Shown here piece after piece: positions 13,135-26,376 of a stretch of DNA of 64,000 nt. The translations under genes were made by a program, and so were the position numbers. Positions within the stretch are counted from its first letter, which is position 1. Each line of letters begins with the position of its first letter. A model generated the notes under the pieces. The model did not search any database, was not told the origin of the DNA, and was given only the letters and a program-made list of their open reading frames with translations. Source of the stretch: Felis catus. Its lineage: Eukaryota. The stretch lies in NCBI RefSeq assembly GCF_018350175.1, contig NC_058368.1, positions 221,776,001-221,840,000 of the forward strand, in the 5' to 3' direction.

Positions 13135-13564
13135 TTTTATTATTTTCATAAGTTTTATTTAAATCCAAGTTTGTTGACATATAGTGTAATTTAGTAATTC
13201 ATAACTTACATATAATACCCAATGCTCATCCCAGCAAGTGCCTCCCTTAATGCCCATCACCCATTTAGCCCATCCCCTACCGAATACCCCACCAGCCACC
13301 TTTAGTCTGTTCTCTGTATATGAGTCTCTTATGGTTTGTCTACCTTTCTCTTTTTATCTTAGTTTTGCTCCCCTTCCCCTATGTTCATCTGTTTTGTTTC
13401 ATAAATTCCACATATGAGTGAAATCACATGATATTTGTCTTTCTCTGACTTACTTATTTTACTTAGCACACTTTTACTTAGTACTTTACTTAGTACACTC
13501 TAGTCCCAACCATGTTGTTGCAAATGGTAAGATTTCTTTCTTTTTGATCACTGAGTAATTTTGC

Positions 13565-13600
<36 letters not shown>

Positions 13601-13863
13601 ACATCTTCTTTATGCATTCATCCATCGATGGACATTTGGGCTCTTTGCATACTTTGGCTACTGTCAATAGTGCAGCTATAAACATTGGAGTGCATGTGCC
13701 CCTTCGAATTAGCATCTTTGTGTCCTTTGGATAAATCCCTAGTAGTGCAGTTGCTGGGTCATGGGGTAGTTCTCTTTTTATTTTTTGAGGAACCTCCATT
13801 CTGTTTTCCACAGTGGCTGCACCAGTTTGCATTCCCTTTTCTCCACATCCTTGCTAACAAAGG
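13135..13863 (-). mobile_element. 5'-truncated carnivore L1 (3' UTR plus ORF2 C-terminus)
   Basis: ORF-track peptide ...GIYPKDTKMLIRRGTCTPMFIAAL... is L1 ORF2 end; near-TSD atcagtttcttta (13122-13134) / atcagttacttta (13864-13876); internal (CA)n. Confidence 0.9.
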
Positions 13864-14832
13864 ATCAGTTACTTTAAATATATCATAGATATAAAAACCT
13901 CTCCCTAGAAAATATTATAAGACTAGTTGATGAGTTAAGAGAATGTGAGTAATTTTCAGAATGTAAAGGAGCTAAAGAGTAAACAAACTGCAAAGAGGAG
14001 ATGAAGCTTTGTTATCAGAAAAAAGGGAAATAAAAGCCGTCTTTTAAATATGATGTCTATATTTGGGTGTCAAATGGTAAATTACTCTAGCTAGAATGTC
14101 TGTAGTGCAGAGACATTTGGCCACAGCCACTAGAGAGTAAATAATTCCAACTGTGACTTGCATCAGCAAACATTTGATTCAGTTCAAGGAAGTAGTTAAG
14201 TTGAAGGTACCTGAAAAGGGCTTCGGAATTAATGTTTGAATATTCAAAGATACACATGAAGTAATTCCATGCTTGAAATATCATCAGACTATTATTAACA
14301 ACAGTCAGGTGTTTTATAACATAATGGAACTCATACATACAAGATATGGATAGAACAGTAAATTTGGTGATGAATTCTGAGTATTCTATAGAAACTAACT
14401 GTAACAACAAAGCAAAATGCAATTATTTCACTATTCTCATTGGAGAGAGACTGTTAACACCAATTAAAATAGATAAATTAGATAAAAGAAGTAAGAAGAT
14501 AGAATTTTATAATAAAGAAGCAATAAATCTGCCTGGAGGGATTTGCTAAGGCCCACAGGGAGAAACATGGGCAAAGGCATGATCACATTCCTTCCTTATT
14601 TAGTCAGATAGTGCTGTCCATATTTTGTAATACATGAGAAACTGAAAGTTCTGTTTAATACTGAAGCTCTTAATGGCAGAACCCAAACTGAATCAATATT
14701 TGCCTAACCTTTCCTTTTTTCCCACTAGAGCGAGCTGCTTCTGAGTTTCTGGGTATAAAACTCTAGGGACAGATAAAGTTGGCATTTAGATACATAAAAA
14801 TCTGATGCACAGTCAGAAGACCACATGTGACT

Positions 14833-15047
14833 ATTTATTTTTTTAATGTTTATTTATTTTTGAGAGACAGAGAGACAGAGTCTGAGCAGGGGAGGTACAG
14901 AGAGAGAGGGAGACACAGAATCCGAAGCAGGCTCCAGGCTCTGAGCTGTCAGCACAGAGCCCCACGTGGGACTCGAACTCACAGACTGAGAGATCATATC
15001 TTGAGCCAAAGTCAGATGCTCAACTGACTGAGCCACCCAGGCACCCC
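14833..15047 (-). mobile_element. Felid Can-SINE
   Basis: Full body; TSD accacatgt(g/c)act at 14820-14832 and 15048-15060. Confidence 0.94.
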
Positions 15048-15074
15048 ACCACATGTCACTTTTTAAAAATGAGT

Positions 15075-15205
15075 GAGAGGGTCCCCCTTTCGCTGCATCC
15101 TCGTCAACAGCTGTTGTTTTCTGAATTGTTAATTTTAGCCATTCTGACAGGTGTGAGGTGATATCTCATTGTGGTTTCGATTTGTATTTCCCTGATGATG
15201 AGCGA
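15075..15205 (-). mobile_element. Short internal L1 ORF2 fragment
   Basis: ttagccattctgacaggtgtgaggtgatatctcattgtggtt closely matches 32716-32760 in the young L1 of this window. Confidence 0.85.
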
Positions 15206-15394
15206 TAAAAAACTAAGAAACTCGTAAGCAACCTGGAGGGAAATTAAAATATAACAACTCTAATTTTAATAAAAATGTGGATTATGATGTATTTCTCTTT
15301 CTTTAAGGTTGTATTTATAAACATATTATGTGCCTCCAAGTGGAAAATTTAAAGACAGTAGATTTATGACTTTATTAAATAATTATAATTTTAT

Positions 15395-15625
15395 TTATTT
15401 TTTTTAAAAAAAAATTTTAGTGTTTTTATTTATTTTTGAGACAGAGAGAGACAGAGCATGAGCAGGGGAGAGGCAGAGAAAGAGAGGGAGACACAGAATC
15501 TGAAGCAGGCTCCAGGCTCCGAGCTGTCAGCACAGAGCCTGACGCGGGGCTCGAAATCATGGAGTGTGAGATCATGACCTGAGCCAAAGTCGGACGCTCA
15601 ATCGACTGAGCCACCCAGGCGCCCC
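15395..15625 (-). mobile_element. Felid Can-SINE
   Basis: Full body; TSD aaat(aa/gg)ttataattttat at 15377-15394 and 15626-15643. Confidence 0.94.
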
Positions 15626-17511
15626 AAATGGTTATAATTTTATAAAAATGTTTCATTTCACAGCAAACAACAAGAGAAGCTCTCTATACTGTCTATGATA
15701 TAACGTTTAATTTTCCTAAGGGGAAAGTTAGAATGAAGAAGAGGATTAGAAAAAAACAAAACAAAACTAAACTAAAAGGGATTAATAGGAAACTAACAAC
15801 TAAGATGTAACAAAGTTTGAGAGAAATGTTGGGATTTCTAAGAAAAAAAATTAATTGTGATTCTTGATGAAGCGACTATAACCTAAGTGTTGTCGTATGT
15901 GCCTTAGGTTCTCAATAAAATGTTTGTGAAAATAAATTGAATGGGATTTACTTTCATTTAATTATCTTCCTCAAAAAAAATGAAAAAAACAAAACAAAAC
16001 AAAACAGTGACTAAGACAGAATGAAGAGATTCTGGTTATTATCATATTAACAAAAGAAAATTTTCTACCTTGACCTGAACCATTACTCCTACATCTTTAT
16101 TGCTTAAAGAATGAGATGTAATACTTTTAGAGTAACTCTGGACCATCAAGGACTTTTTACAAAATGTGTTTGAGAATTTAGCTTTTTCCATTAACCGTGA
16201 GAAAGTTATTAGGCAAATTAAAAGACACGATTTTAAGGAGAATGCTTACCTAATGGAGAGAAGAAAACTTTTTAAGGCATTTCTGAAAACTCATTTACAG
16301 AAAAGTAATAAAATTGTACCCTGTCAAGTGGTCTGCAAAGATTAAGTTAATGCTTTAATTTTTGATTTCTATTCAATTGTGAAAACAGGTTTCTTAGCAA
16401 CGGTGGTTGCATACTTATATGAACTATACATTTATTTCATTATATATAGATCATAAACGCCTTTTTTAAAATTTAAATCTCATCTACTTACCAAATAAGG
16501 GTAACATGATTCAGATTCTCTATCTCAGGGGTTTTCTCATTTATATAGGTGAGTGAGGCCAAATTAGACAGTTCATGTAATACTGTTGTGAGCAGTTGCA
16601 ATTAGAATATCCTTCTACCCTTAGATTGGCTGTGGACTGTGACAAACCTAAAGTAAACATGTGATCTACACTCTGGAAGGGTGTATCTCCTGAAAATAAT
16701 CTAGACATTTTAGGACACGGTCATGTCTTCTCTGAAAATGTGTAGGAAATGTAGAAGTACCTCCATTTCCACTTCATTGATGGGGGTCATTTCTTACTTG
16801 CTATATTGGGCAAAACATCACAATTTAAAATGGTAGTTGTTGCCTCATGGTTATTGTTCAATCAGGCACAGGGATCAGTCAGTCACCCAAAGGTAGGGCA
16901 TCAGGACGATGCCAGGACGTACTACAGGACCTACAGTCTTGGAGCCTGATCAGTTATGGGAAGATGCTGAAGATATTTAGCTGAGTAGAAAATGTTCAAA
17001 TAAGTTTCAGTAGAACTCCAGAAGGAGGCAAAAAGCTTCCAGAAAGGATAACATCCGGAGAAAGGAGGCACCAAAAAATACAGTGACAGAGCTAAAAATT
17101 AGACGCCAGACAATAGTGGATGAATGCCAAACGAAAAACACCATTGTGTGAACTAGGGCCTGGATGTTTGTGCTCATGGTTTGTACCCCAGGGGTCTGTG
17201 TGGGAGCTCTGTGGTTCAGGAATTTTGAAGTTGAAGACTGTGAATGTCACAACTTGGTCCCAGTAGTAAGCATATGTTTTTATGTTAGGGAATCTTTTTT
17301 TTTTTTAATCTGGGAAGTAAAACGAAATAATCGGTAATGTGGAAAGAGAAAAGGGATACACACACATGTACACACACGCATGATTCCATGCCGAGTCCCA
17401 CATATTTTATTTCATTTCATCTTTAAAACAACACTCACTGTTACTGTTAAGTGGACATCGTTTTCCAAATAGAAGACAAGGAGACTAGGTATCAGAGGGG
17501 AAGGATTTTGA

Positions 17512-17737
17512 AACTAAAAAACAGACTCTTGACCAAAAGAAAAAAAAGATGGTTACCAGAGAGGAGGTGGGTGAGTGGATGGTGGAGGGGAAATCGGTGA
17601 TGGGGATTAAGGGGCGAACTTGCTGTGATGAGCCCCGGGTGGTGTAGGGCAGTGTTGAATCGCTGTATTGTACACCTGAAACTTATATTACACTCTATGT
17701 TAACTGGAATTTAAATAAAGACATAAAAAAAAAAAAG
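17512..17737 (+). mobile_element. Carnivore L1 3' UTR with poly(A)
   Basis: gatggttaccagagaggaggtggg...tgtacacctgaaacttatattacactctatgttaactggaatttaaataaa plus A tail. Confidence 0.85.
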
Positions 17738-17899
17738 AAATTACCATCAACTCCCTGGCCCTACCAGATTACAAATTATCCCCCTTGATAATGTTCATTA
17801 GCCATAGAAACATGCCCCACCTCCTCAGTGTACTTTATACCACCTTCCTTGACCTAAATCTTTGAACTTTTTCCATATGATTGTGCCTTTCAGATATTT

Positions 17900-18272
17900 T
17901 TTCATGATTCCCAGCAGCTTATAGTTAGCTCCCCCCCACACACAACATGGTTTTGCTATGGCTGTCGCAGCCTCCTGAAATGCCTTTCCTCCTGTCCTCA
18001 CTTTGTCTACCTCACTCTTGTCCCAAATGATTCCTGTATCACTTTCTAATGTCAGCAAATGTCATGTGAAGGAAAGTTTGCCTGAACCAACGGGTGTTGA
18101 ACTGGGCGTCTTTTCCTTGCACTCCTGGTGTGTTCTCTTTCCTATCAGGCGCTGAAATTGTCTGTGTCTCCCAACTGGACTTCTCACTGGTGGGCATTGT
18201 GCTTTACTGTATTTCTCAACTCTAGTATAGTGTCTAGTATATAGCAGGCACTCAGAAAATATTTAGTGAATT
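17900..18272 (+). mobile_element. L2 3' end fragment
   Basis: cctgaaatgcctttcctcc...tagtgtctagtatatagcaggcactcagaaaatatttagtgaat resembles L2 terminus. Confidence 0.6.
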
Positions 18273-18765
18273 GTACAATTGGACCCAGTTTCTCTACACC
18301 AACAATTTCCTCCAGAAATGCTATAGTCACTAAGGAGATTCAGTAGCCATTTTCTTCTAAATTATCCTTATGCTCAATTGAATAAAGATACTGGAAAGGG
18401 GTTTTGTGAGAAAATGCTTCCTTGTTCAGAAAAGGAGATTATGTGATAGGGAGATAGCTCTATTATACTCTATCCTCTCTGACCTGTAAATGTGCCTTAA
18501 GTTCATTTATATATTTATTTCTGTAATATTCATTTCTGAGAGCATTCCTATGAGACAGAATGCAACATTGAAACCATGAGACATCAATGCCTTCTCACCC
18601 CTCAAATCAACCACGAAAGTATCCAAAGCAGACTAACGGCATGGCCCATACTCTGATCCTAGCAGTTACTAACAAGTATTAACAAGTTAAGAGTCATAAA
18701 TATCATCTATGAAAGCAATTGGTTTTAGTCTAGCGCTGAAATGAGATGCAAACTAACCCCAGTTT

Positions 18766-18965
18766 AATTTTTTTTAGTGTTTTTATTTTATTTTTGAGAG
18801 AGAGGGAGACAGAGCATGAATAGGGGAGGGGCAGAGAGAGGGAGACACAGAAGCTGAAGCAGGCTCCAGACTCTGAGGCTGTGTGAGGCGCTAACTCCCA
18901 GACTGTGAGATCATGACCTGAGCCGAACTCGGACGCTTACCCGACTGAGCCACCCAGGCGCCCCC
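18766..18965 (-). mobile_element. Felid Can-SINE with small internal deletion
   Basis: TSD cta(a/g)ccccagttt at 18753-18765 and 18967-18979. Confidence 0.92.
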
Positions 18966-19283
18966 TCTAGCCCCAGTTTTAAATAACCAACTTGTCAAAA
19001 CAATAACTTTCTACTTTGAAATGCATGGCTTAACTAACTCCACAATGAACAACCGGATTCTTTGGCCTGGGGATTTAGATGGGCTCACTTCGATGATGTC
19101 TGTTTGTATTGACCTAGTCATGATTCCCAGGCCAGAGTAATGGCGATAAATATATTGCACGTTGAGCCTTTTGATGAGCAGAGCTCTTTCACATAAAGTT
19201 CGATTTAAAATTGGTAAGACTACATAATGATAATTATATGGAAAAGATTGACGACGTGTGTCAAATATCCGCTCTAAAAGTTT

Positions 19284-19462
19284 CTATGTGAACTGAGGCA
19301 GATTCCTTAATATCTCGATGATTCAGTTTCCTCATAGGCAAAGTGGGGAGATGAATAATTCTTATTTTTTTTTGGTTTTTGTGGGGATTTAATAAGGTAA
19401 TACAGGTAAGCATTTAGAACATTATCTGGTACATGCTAAGATTTCAAAATGCTTATTACTAT
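19284..19462 (+). mobile_element. MIR
   Basis: ctatgtgaactgaggcagattccttaa...tcagtttcctcataggcaaagtgggg...aagcatttagaaca core. Confidence 0.7.
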
Positions 19463-20231
19463 GATTGAAAATATGTGTTTGAAAAAGACTTTTCACTCTA
19501 TCTATCTGCTGCATAAAGATTTATATAATTGCAATTTCTGGTTTTTGTAATTAACTTTCTTGGAATGTTTTAGTTCAGCTTCTTCACATAAAGAAGGTAA
19601 CATCTGTTATTATCAAAAGGTTAACTAATAAAGAAGATAAAGGGACATTGCTCACTGTTTGTTTTAGAAAGTTGTACTGACATAGAGTAATAAAACAACA
19701 GTGTCTCCTTTAAATGTATTTGAGGGAAATACTTCTCTATAAATTCCACAGTGTCAGTTACAAAATTGCCCCTTAGTTTCCATAATATGATTTTTTTCCC
19801 TATCTGTGGAAATGAAGATTCTACCTCTGTTCTGGCCAAAGTTCTTTGTAGCTGTATCCAGATGTTTCCCCCACCCCTAGTTCTTCCCGCAGCCACCATT
19901 AAGGAATCTTTTACTGCTTGGAAAAGTTTTAATATTCAGCAGGTTAAGGAAACCCATGGTCAGCTTTAGAATTTTCGTCTCTGCTGAGCTTTCAAGGTGT
20001 CAAGACCCTAAAATAATATGAACAGCAGGAGTACTAAATCTTTCATTATTTCCAGTTTCCCCTTGAGCATACTGACTTTGCAATAAAGAAGCTGTCATTT
20101 ACACTCTTCTTTATTGCAAGGTGGGTAATAGCTACAGGGAGAAAAATAAGGAACTGTGTCAAGTTAGCCTGACTGCCATTATGATTAATGTGTAATCATT
20201 GCACATTTGCATCTACTCTTTTTATATACAG

Positions 20232-20368
20232 GTACTTCATAGATTGGAAGAGTGATGGGGACAGCTACTTTACAATAGATGGAACTGAAGGAACCATCGC
20301 CACTAATGAATTACTAGACAGAGAAAGCACCGCGCAGTATAATTTCTCCATAATTGCGAGTAAAGTTA
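20232..20368 (+). CDS. CDH12: Cadherin-12 coding exon (EC4), 137 nt
   Basis: Acceptor ctttttatatacag|G, donor A|gtaagt; (R)[45 protein letters not shown](S) with LDRE motif; phase matches both neighbours. Confidence 0.96.
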
Positions 20369-21399
20369 GTAAGTATGGCATGGACAGAATCAATGTTATA
20401 CTGCAGTTCTTTGGATTGAACACTCTTAAACGAGTCCCTGCTGAGGTGTTTTTCATTTTTGGACTGACAGCTGAGTGGTCTCCTGGGGAAACTCAGAAAC
20501 CTGTTCCTTTTCCTCGTAGCGTAAGTCCGGAGAAATTGTGACAGCCGCCAATGAGCCCTGTTTGCAGACTTGCATGAATATCTAGCAGTGAGTGCATTTC
20601 ATTGTGTGACCTCATCCCTTTCAATGCTGTGCCCACAAAAATCTGCCCGCTTTCCAGCTTCTCTTCCACGCCGGACCCCTGTATACAATATTGGGAGCTT
20701 CAGAGGCCAGGCAGGAGGAATTCATTATCACACAAAATAGCCCATTCTGAAATATTTTCTCAAACTGAAGAGAGTATTCTTAAAATCACCCCTCTTCCTT
20801 CTCTCTTTCTCGTAGAATGTAATTTTAATGTGATTTTTTTTTTATAAATGTCACTGTGGAATATGCAGGAGCCATAAGTGGTTTTCTTTAAGGAATCCCT
20901 CAGAATCAATAGGATTGCTAGGACGGATCCCTTGTGTTGGTGTCTGCTTGGTCCAGAAGACAATCCTCTAGACTGAAAGTGGCATGGGCCATATATGTTT
21001 GTCTGGACAACCTAGGATATTATCGCAGCTCCCTCAGGTAACAGATTAGTCAGGGGAATGGTGACATTTGGTTTTCAATGTAGTTTGCAAAATGAGTGCA
21101 TCTCCCAGTCATCTGCTTCTGGTCTTGTGAAAGGCTTGGAGAAGTCCCTTCTGAGTGTCTTTCATTTTATTTCCTTCTTATTTTATTTTGTTCATCTGCT
21201 ACTTTGGCAGCTAATTTCCTTTTTCTGTGCAGGGGAGAGCTGAATGTGAATATTTCTGTTGAGGGGTTTTTTGTTCAGTCTCCACTCAGTGGGTGTAAAT
21301 ATTAAACAGTTTCATTTATCTTCAACAATTGTGACTACACAAGAATAGTTAGACACCTATTCTCAGGCCTTAATGATGTCTTTAACCGATTTCATTACT

Positions 21400-21808
21400 T
21401 CTAGGTTATTCTGATTATTAAAGGTCAGACTTACAAAAAAGAACATGCAGCTTCCACCTTGTTTCTTGGAACACTGACCTGTCACATAAAAAAAAAAAAA
21501 CTGATTACCCTGAGGCTACCATTCTAGAGTGGTCACATGTGGGTGGTCAGGTTGACCATCCCAGTTCAGCTCAACCTTCCCATCATACCTTCCAGGGTGC
21601 TGGGTATGTGAGTGAGACTGTCTTGGAACGTGTACTAGCTGAATACCACAGTGTAACATCCACCAATGCCGTGTGAAACAGAACATGTACCCAGACCAGC
21701 CCTGCCCGGATTCTTACAACGTTGTGAGAATGTCTAAAACAGTAATTATTTCAAGCAACTACATTTTAGGGTTATTTGTTGTGGCATGGCAATAGATAAC
21801 TGCAGAAC
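21400..21808 (+). mobile_element. MLT1-type MaLR LTR
   Basis: 3' end aagcaactacattttagggttatttgttgtggcatggcaatagataactg and internal taccctgaggctaccattctagag motifs. Confidence 0.7.
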
Positions 21809-22799
21809 TCAGTGACACCGTAAGTTGGAACTGTGACCCCTCGCTTGTAGGGTACACGTTCTCCAGCCTGTCAGAGTGGAAAAGAGAGAGGGAAACACAC
21901 AAGTCTCTCTTATCTGCCCGATATGATACTCCATTGGCTGCCACTGCTTCTAGGACTAAATGGACTGGCAGGAAAGGCTGCTGCCCAAACATCGTCTTCT
22001 TAAGTGAACTTTGAGTTATCTGACGGTGCGGGTTCTGGGCATCCCATCTGCATAGGAACGTGATATGAGTACTCAGTGGTACATCTTCTGGCTTCTCAAT
22101 TCCATGGCCCCCTTGCATAGAAGGCAGTCTTCTTGGGTGAGTTTATAACATGATTTCTCAATTTTAGCTTTCGGTTTGCCCACTTGACCCTGAGGAAATT
22201 CACCCATCCTTGTTACGCTGAACAGGTGTTTTACAAGCTGCTCTTGTACCGTATGATTTCTCTGTCCTGCCATCTCCTTACAAAAATATGTCCTCTGTAC
22301 TCAGGCTTTGAGAGCAGATCATCCAGTCAGCTGCCAGAGCTGCTAGAGCAGACATATCGTCAAGAGAGAATGCTGGTCTTCCCTTTTTGGAGGACACCTG
22401 TTTTCTTTAGGGTGTTTTCCTGAAGACTGCTTTCGGGCTTGGCATCTTTTTTCTCCTCCTATATCACATCCGATTACAGTTACATTTGTTACTCATCATT
22501 TCTTTCATGTCAGCTCTCATCTATTTTACTCATCGAGTCTTGGGGGATAGCTTCACTATACTGTAGTTAGAAAATAAAGTTTAGCTTTAAGATCTTCAGC
22601 AAATGTGGTCAAAATAAATTGTTTGTGTTATAGACTATAAGACCTTCTTGAACCATTCACTCTAATGGCTTATACATAATAAGTGACAGCTAAGCAGAGA
22701 CAGTTTCTTTAAATAACTTTTATTTAGCAAAGACATATTGTCCATAATAAAAGATCATTCATTAGAAAACTATCTAATCTTACTGAGACTTTCGTCTTA

Positions 22800-22801
<2 letters not shown>

Positions 22802-22846
<45 letters not shown>
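22802..22846. repeat. (CA)n microsatellite
   Basis: Read directly from sequence. Confidence 0.97.
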
Positions 22847-22849
<3 letters not shown>

Positions 22850-23291
22850 CGCACATATTTTTCAAAGTAGGACTAGTAGGCTTCTGTACATTAACTGAAG
22901 ATGAAAGTCTGCAGATAGTTCATTAGTCACCTGTTCTGTAGTTCTGGAAGGTCTCTTTCTCCCCAGTGGCTATGTAGACCACGAAAACATCATCATTGCA
23001 CGATAGTAGCACGTCTGACACCTCCAGCCAGAGCCTTGTGCTCCAACTTGTAGAAGATGAGATGAGAGTTTGTGCTTTCTCAGTGAAGCAGGCACCACCG
23101 ATTCTCAATTTTAGATTTTTCATATTTAGAGAAATTCATTTTCTTTTAGCTATCGACATGATTGGGGCACATGCTGGCTCTAGAATTTACTTAAATGCAA
23201 ATTAGGAAACCCTCATGAGTAGATTCTCATTATTTATGTTGGCCCTCACTGGGAAATATGTAGAACTGGGATTTAGACACATAACACATAA

Positions 23292-23293
23292 AT

Positions 23294-23332
<39 letters not shown>

Positions 23333-23402
23333 GATATATATACATGTATGTATGTATATATATGCTACATATGTATATATGTCCATATATATCCATATAT
23401 AT
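23292..23402. repeat. (CA)n/(TA)n compound microsatellite
   Basis: Read directly from sequence. Confidence 0.9.
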
Positions 23403-25157
23403 AATCATTTCTAAAATATGTATCTCCCTGATCTGTTCTAGTATCTGTTCATAGACCACTGTATTTTAGAGTCCTCAAGGAAGTCTGCTGGGGTAAATGC
23501 TATGCAGTCATGTGAAAAATAAAGAGACTAAACACATACCTCATGATAATTAAAGATTTACAGTAAGAATAGCTTATTGTGGGCTTTATTTTGCTTGAGT
23601 TTGCAGAGTTTAAAAGTAAAATGTATTCCTATTCTAATGCATAAGGCTGTTTTCACTGATCAAACTAGCCAGCTAAGCAGGTAACCATTATCATGGTGAA
23701 TGACTGAGAAATTAATAGCTTACATTGTACTGGCAAGAAGAAAAAAACACGTAAGTATACCTTATTGCACATTGAACTAGCATATGTTTCAGCCTGACCC
23801 TTACATATAAAATCTCAGGCAAAATGAAATGTTACAATGATTGAATAACTTTAATTAATTAAAAAGCAGTCATTAATCAGTGTTGCTATAGTTGGAGGTC
23901 CAAATAATTTATAAGACTCCTCATAATTCTTTTATGCTTTACTGCTTTGCTGTTTTTATGATACTAATTCTTGAGAATCTTAAAAAAGATAGAAGCTCCA
24001 AAAATTCACTTCATTCAAATTATCAGAAACTATCAACACACAAATGTTTCCAATATATTTTTGGTGTTGCTGTAACAAATATCATTAGACAAAGATAATT
24101 TAAAATATCTACATTAAAGCCCTAAAACATATTTTATATAATTACGAAATAAACAAATGATACCAGAGACAATTCTCTTCTCAGTCATATATTTATCCAG
24201 ATGGCAATGGATTGTTTGCATTTATTGTGGAACAGCTCAAGTATCAGTGAATTGACTCACTAACTGTCATTTGGGGAAAATTTTGTATGTAAATATATCA
24301 TTATGAGTTGGGATCAAATTGTTGGGTAATTCTTTTTTTGAGGTTATTTGGCATATAAAGCTATTTTGTTATAACTTCATTTTACTTCGACATAATGCAT
24401 AGGATATCATCTTTGTATGTACAGAAGAATTAACCTCTGGCATTACTATCCATAATTCAGACTAAACACAAATTCATACATTTGTTGTCATAAGCTTGTC
24501 CAGAGTGTCATTTATATGCAAAACACGATTTGTTGTGGTTTATGAGAAAAACAAGATGAAGTCTATTCTTAAGGATATTAAAGTTTAGAAGTAGTTAGAA
24601 ACTGCTTCTACACAGAAAGCTTACTTTCTGTGTAGCTTACTACACAGAAAGAATAGATTTGTTTAAACAGAAAGAAATAGATTTTGTGGTACAGTTTTCT
24701 GAGGAATTCATCTGCCTGCATGCCACGTTGCTAGCCATGAAAATATGTTCTTAGACTAAAAGAGAAGAAAGTACCTAATTTTTCTAGAATAATAATAAGC
24801 AATAATAATAATATAAACTAAACAAGTCTTGTAGCTTGATATACATTAAATGAAGATGAGGATTATGGTCCACACTGTGAGTGGTAGGAAATGGAGGTTC
24901 AGAGTTATTTCCTTTGCAACCCCTGTCACACCTGGGGTCGTGACCGTAAGATAATGGGAGTCCTGGACTCTCTCCCCACAAAACAGAATTCCACAGGGAC
25001 AGTTGCTCACTTGCCTGTGCTTTATTAGCTATATTTTAAGTAAGTTGTTAGTTAAACTAGTCATAGTGACTTTCATATGCATAAGTACAAAATAGTAAAA
25101 ACTTATTTATACATTTGCAACATGCATATAATTAAATTGAAATTATTGTTAGTCTTG

Positions 25158-25254
25158 CTATCTATCTATCTATCATCACCATATCTGTCATCATATCTAT
25201 CTATCATCTCTATCTACCTATCTATCTACCTAGGTCTGTCTATCTATCTACCTA
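25158..25254. repeat. Degenerate (TCTA)n tetranucleotide repeat
   Basis: Read directly from sequence. Confidence 0.9.
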
Positions 25255-25794
25255 CAGTTCTGTAGTGAATTGGCATGGTTCAGAAATTTGATATATACCG
25301 ACTCACATTTATTAACTATTTGTATAAAATCACCATGTTTACTTATTTTTCTGTGATCATATTAAAGAAAGTCCCTTGAGAAGAATTTTTTTAAATTATA
25401 GAGAGTTGAACATAAAGTGAAATGGCATCTATAGTCTTGTTGACCGTAGGTGAAGGAAAATACACCAACAATCATGGTGCTCGCGGGTCATGATCCACAG
25501 AAGTTTCCTGGTTTATTGGTTGTATTGAACCCACTTTTGCTTCTCAGTTTAGTCTGTTTTTGACATTCATGTATTTCATTTGCTAGAATGTACTAGGCTC
25601 TGTGTTAAACTCTGGAGGCTTAAAGACAAATATGACTCAGCTCTTGCTCTCCAGGAATTCAGAATATCTAAGGGCTTTGTGGTATTGCAAATATTTAAAA
25701 TTAATAATAGGTTCTCTCTAGTGTGTTCATTGGGAGGAAAAAAAAACTGGCTGTATTTTTAAAGGTTCCTTTTTCTTTAGAAATCAGGTTTTTT

Positions 25795-26009
25795 AAAATT
25801 TTTTTTAATGTTTATTTATTTTTGAGAGAGACAGAGACAGAGCTTGAGTGCGGGAGGGGCAGAGAGAGAGGGAGACACAGAATCCAAAGCAGGCTCCAGG
25901 CTCCGAGCTGTCAACACAGAGCCCGATGCGGGGCTTGAACTCAGAGACCACAAGATCATGACCTGAGACGAAGTCAGAAGCCCAACTGACGGAGCCACCC
26001 AGGCGCCCC
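25795..26009 (-). mobile_element. Felid Can-SINE
   Basis: Full body; TSD tagaaatcag at 25778-25787 and 26010-26019. Confidence 0.94.
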
Positions 26010-26376
26010 TAGAAATCAGTTTTTGTCACCAACAGACAAGTAATATTTGACTTTGGCGTGGGTTTATATGAGTAATTTAAATCCGCTTGATGGATTGCTT
26101 GGTATAGATGCAGATCATACTACTGCAACTGAACAGGGCTATCGTTAGGGTTTATCTTAACTTGTAATTTAAAAGTGAACTAATTTAAAGAGAAAAGAAA
26201 AAGAAAGCTTGTGTTACTTATTCACTGTATCATGCTCAGTTTGCACTATCATTCAGGTTTTTGTTGTTGTCACAGAAAGCTAAGATTTTGTTCTTGGCAT
26301 TATGGTAGTCGCAATTTAGTGCACAGTCACAAAATTGAATTTTTAACCCCTGTAGGTATTCAAAGCAGATGTCATT

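Noticed and set aside
22950..23080. Acceptor-like tctctttctccccag as a possible cryptic CDH12 exon
   Set aside because: No convincing donor or cadherin-like coding downstream, and the six exons already join in phase without it
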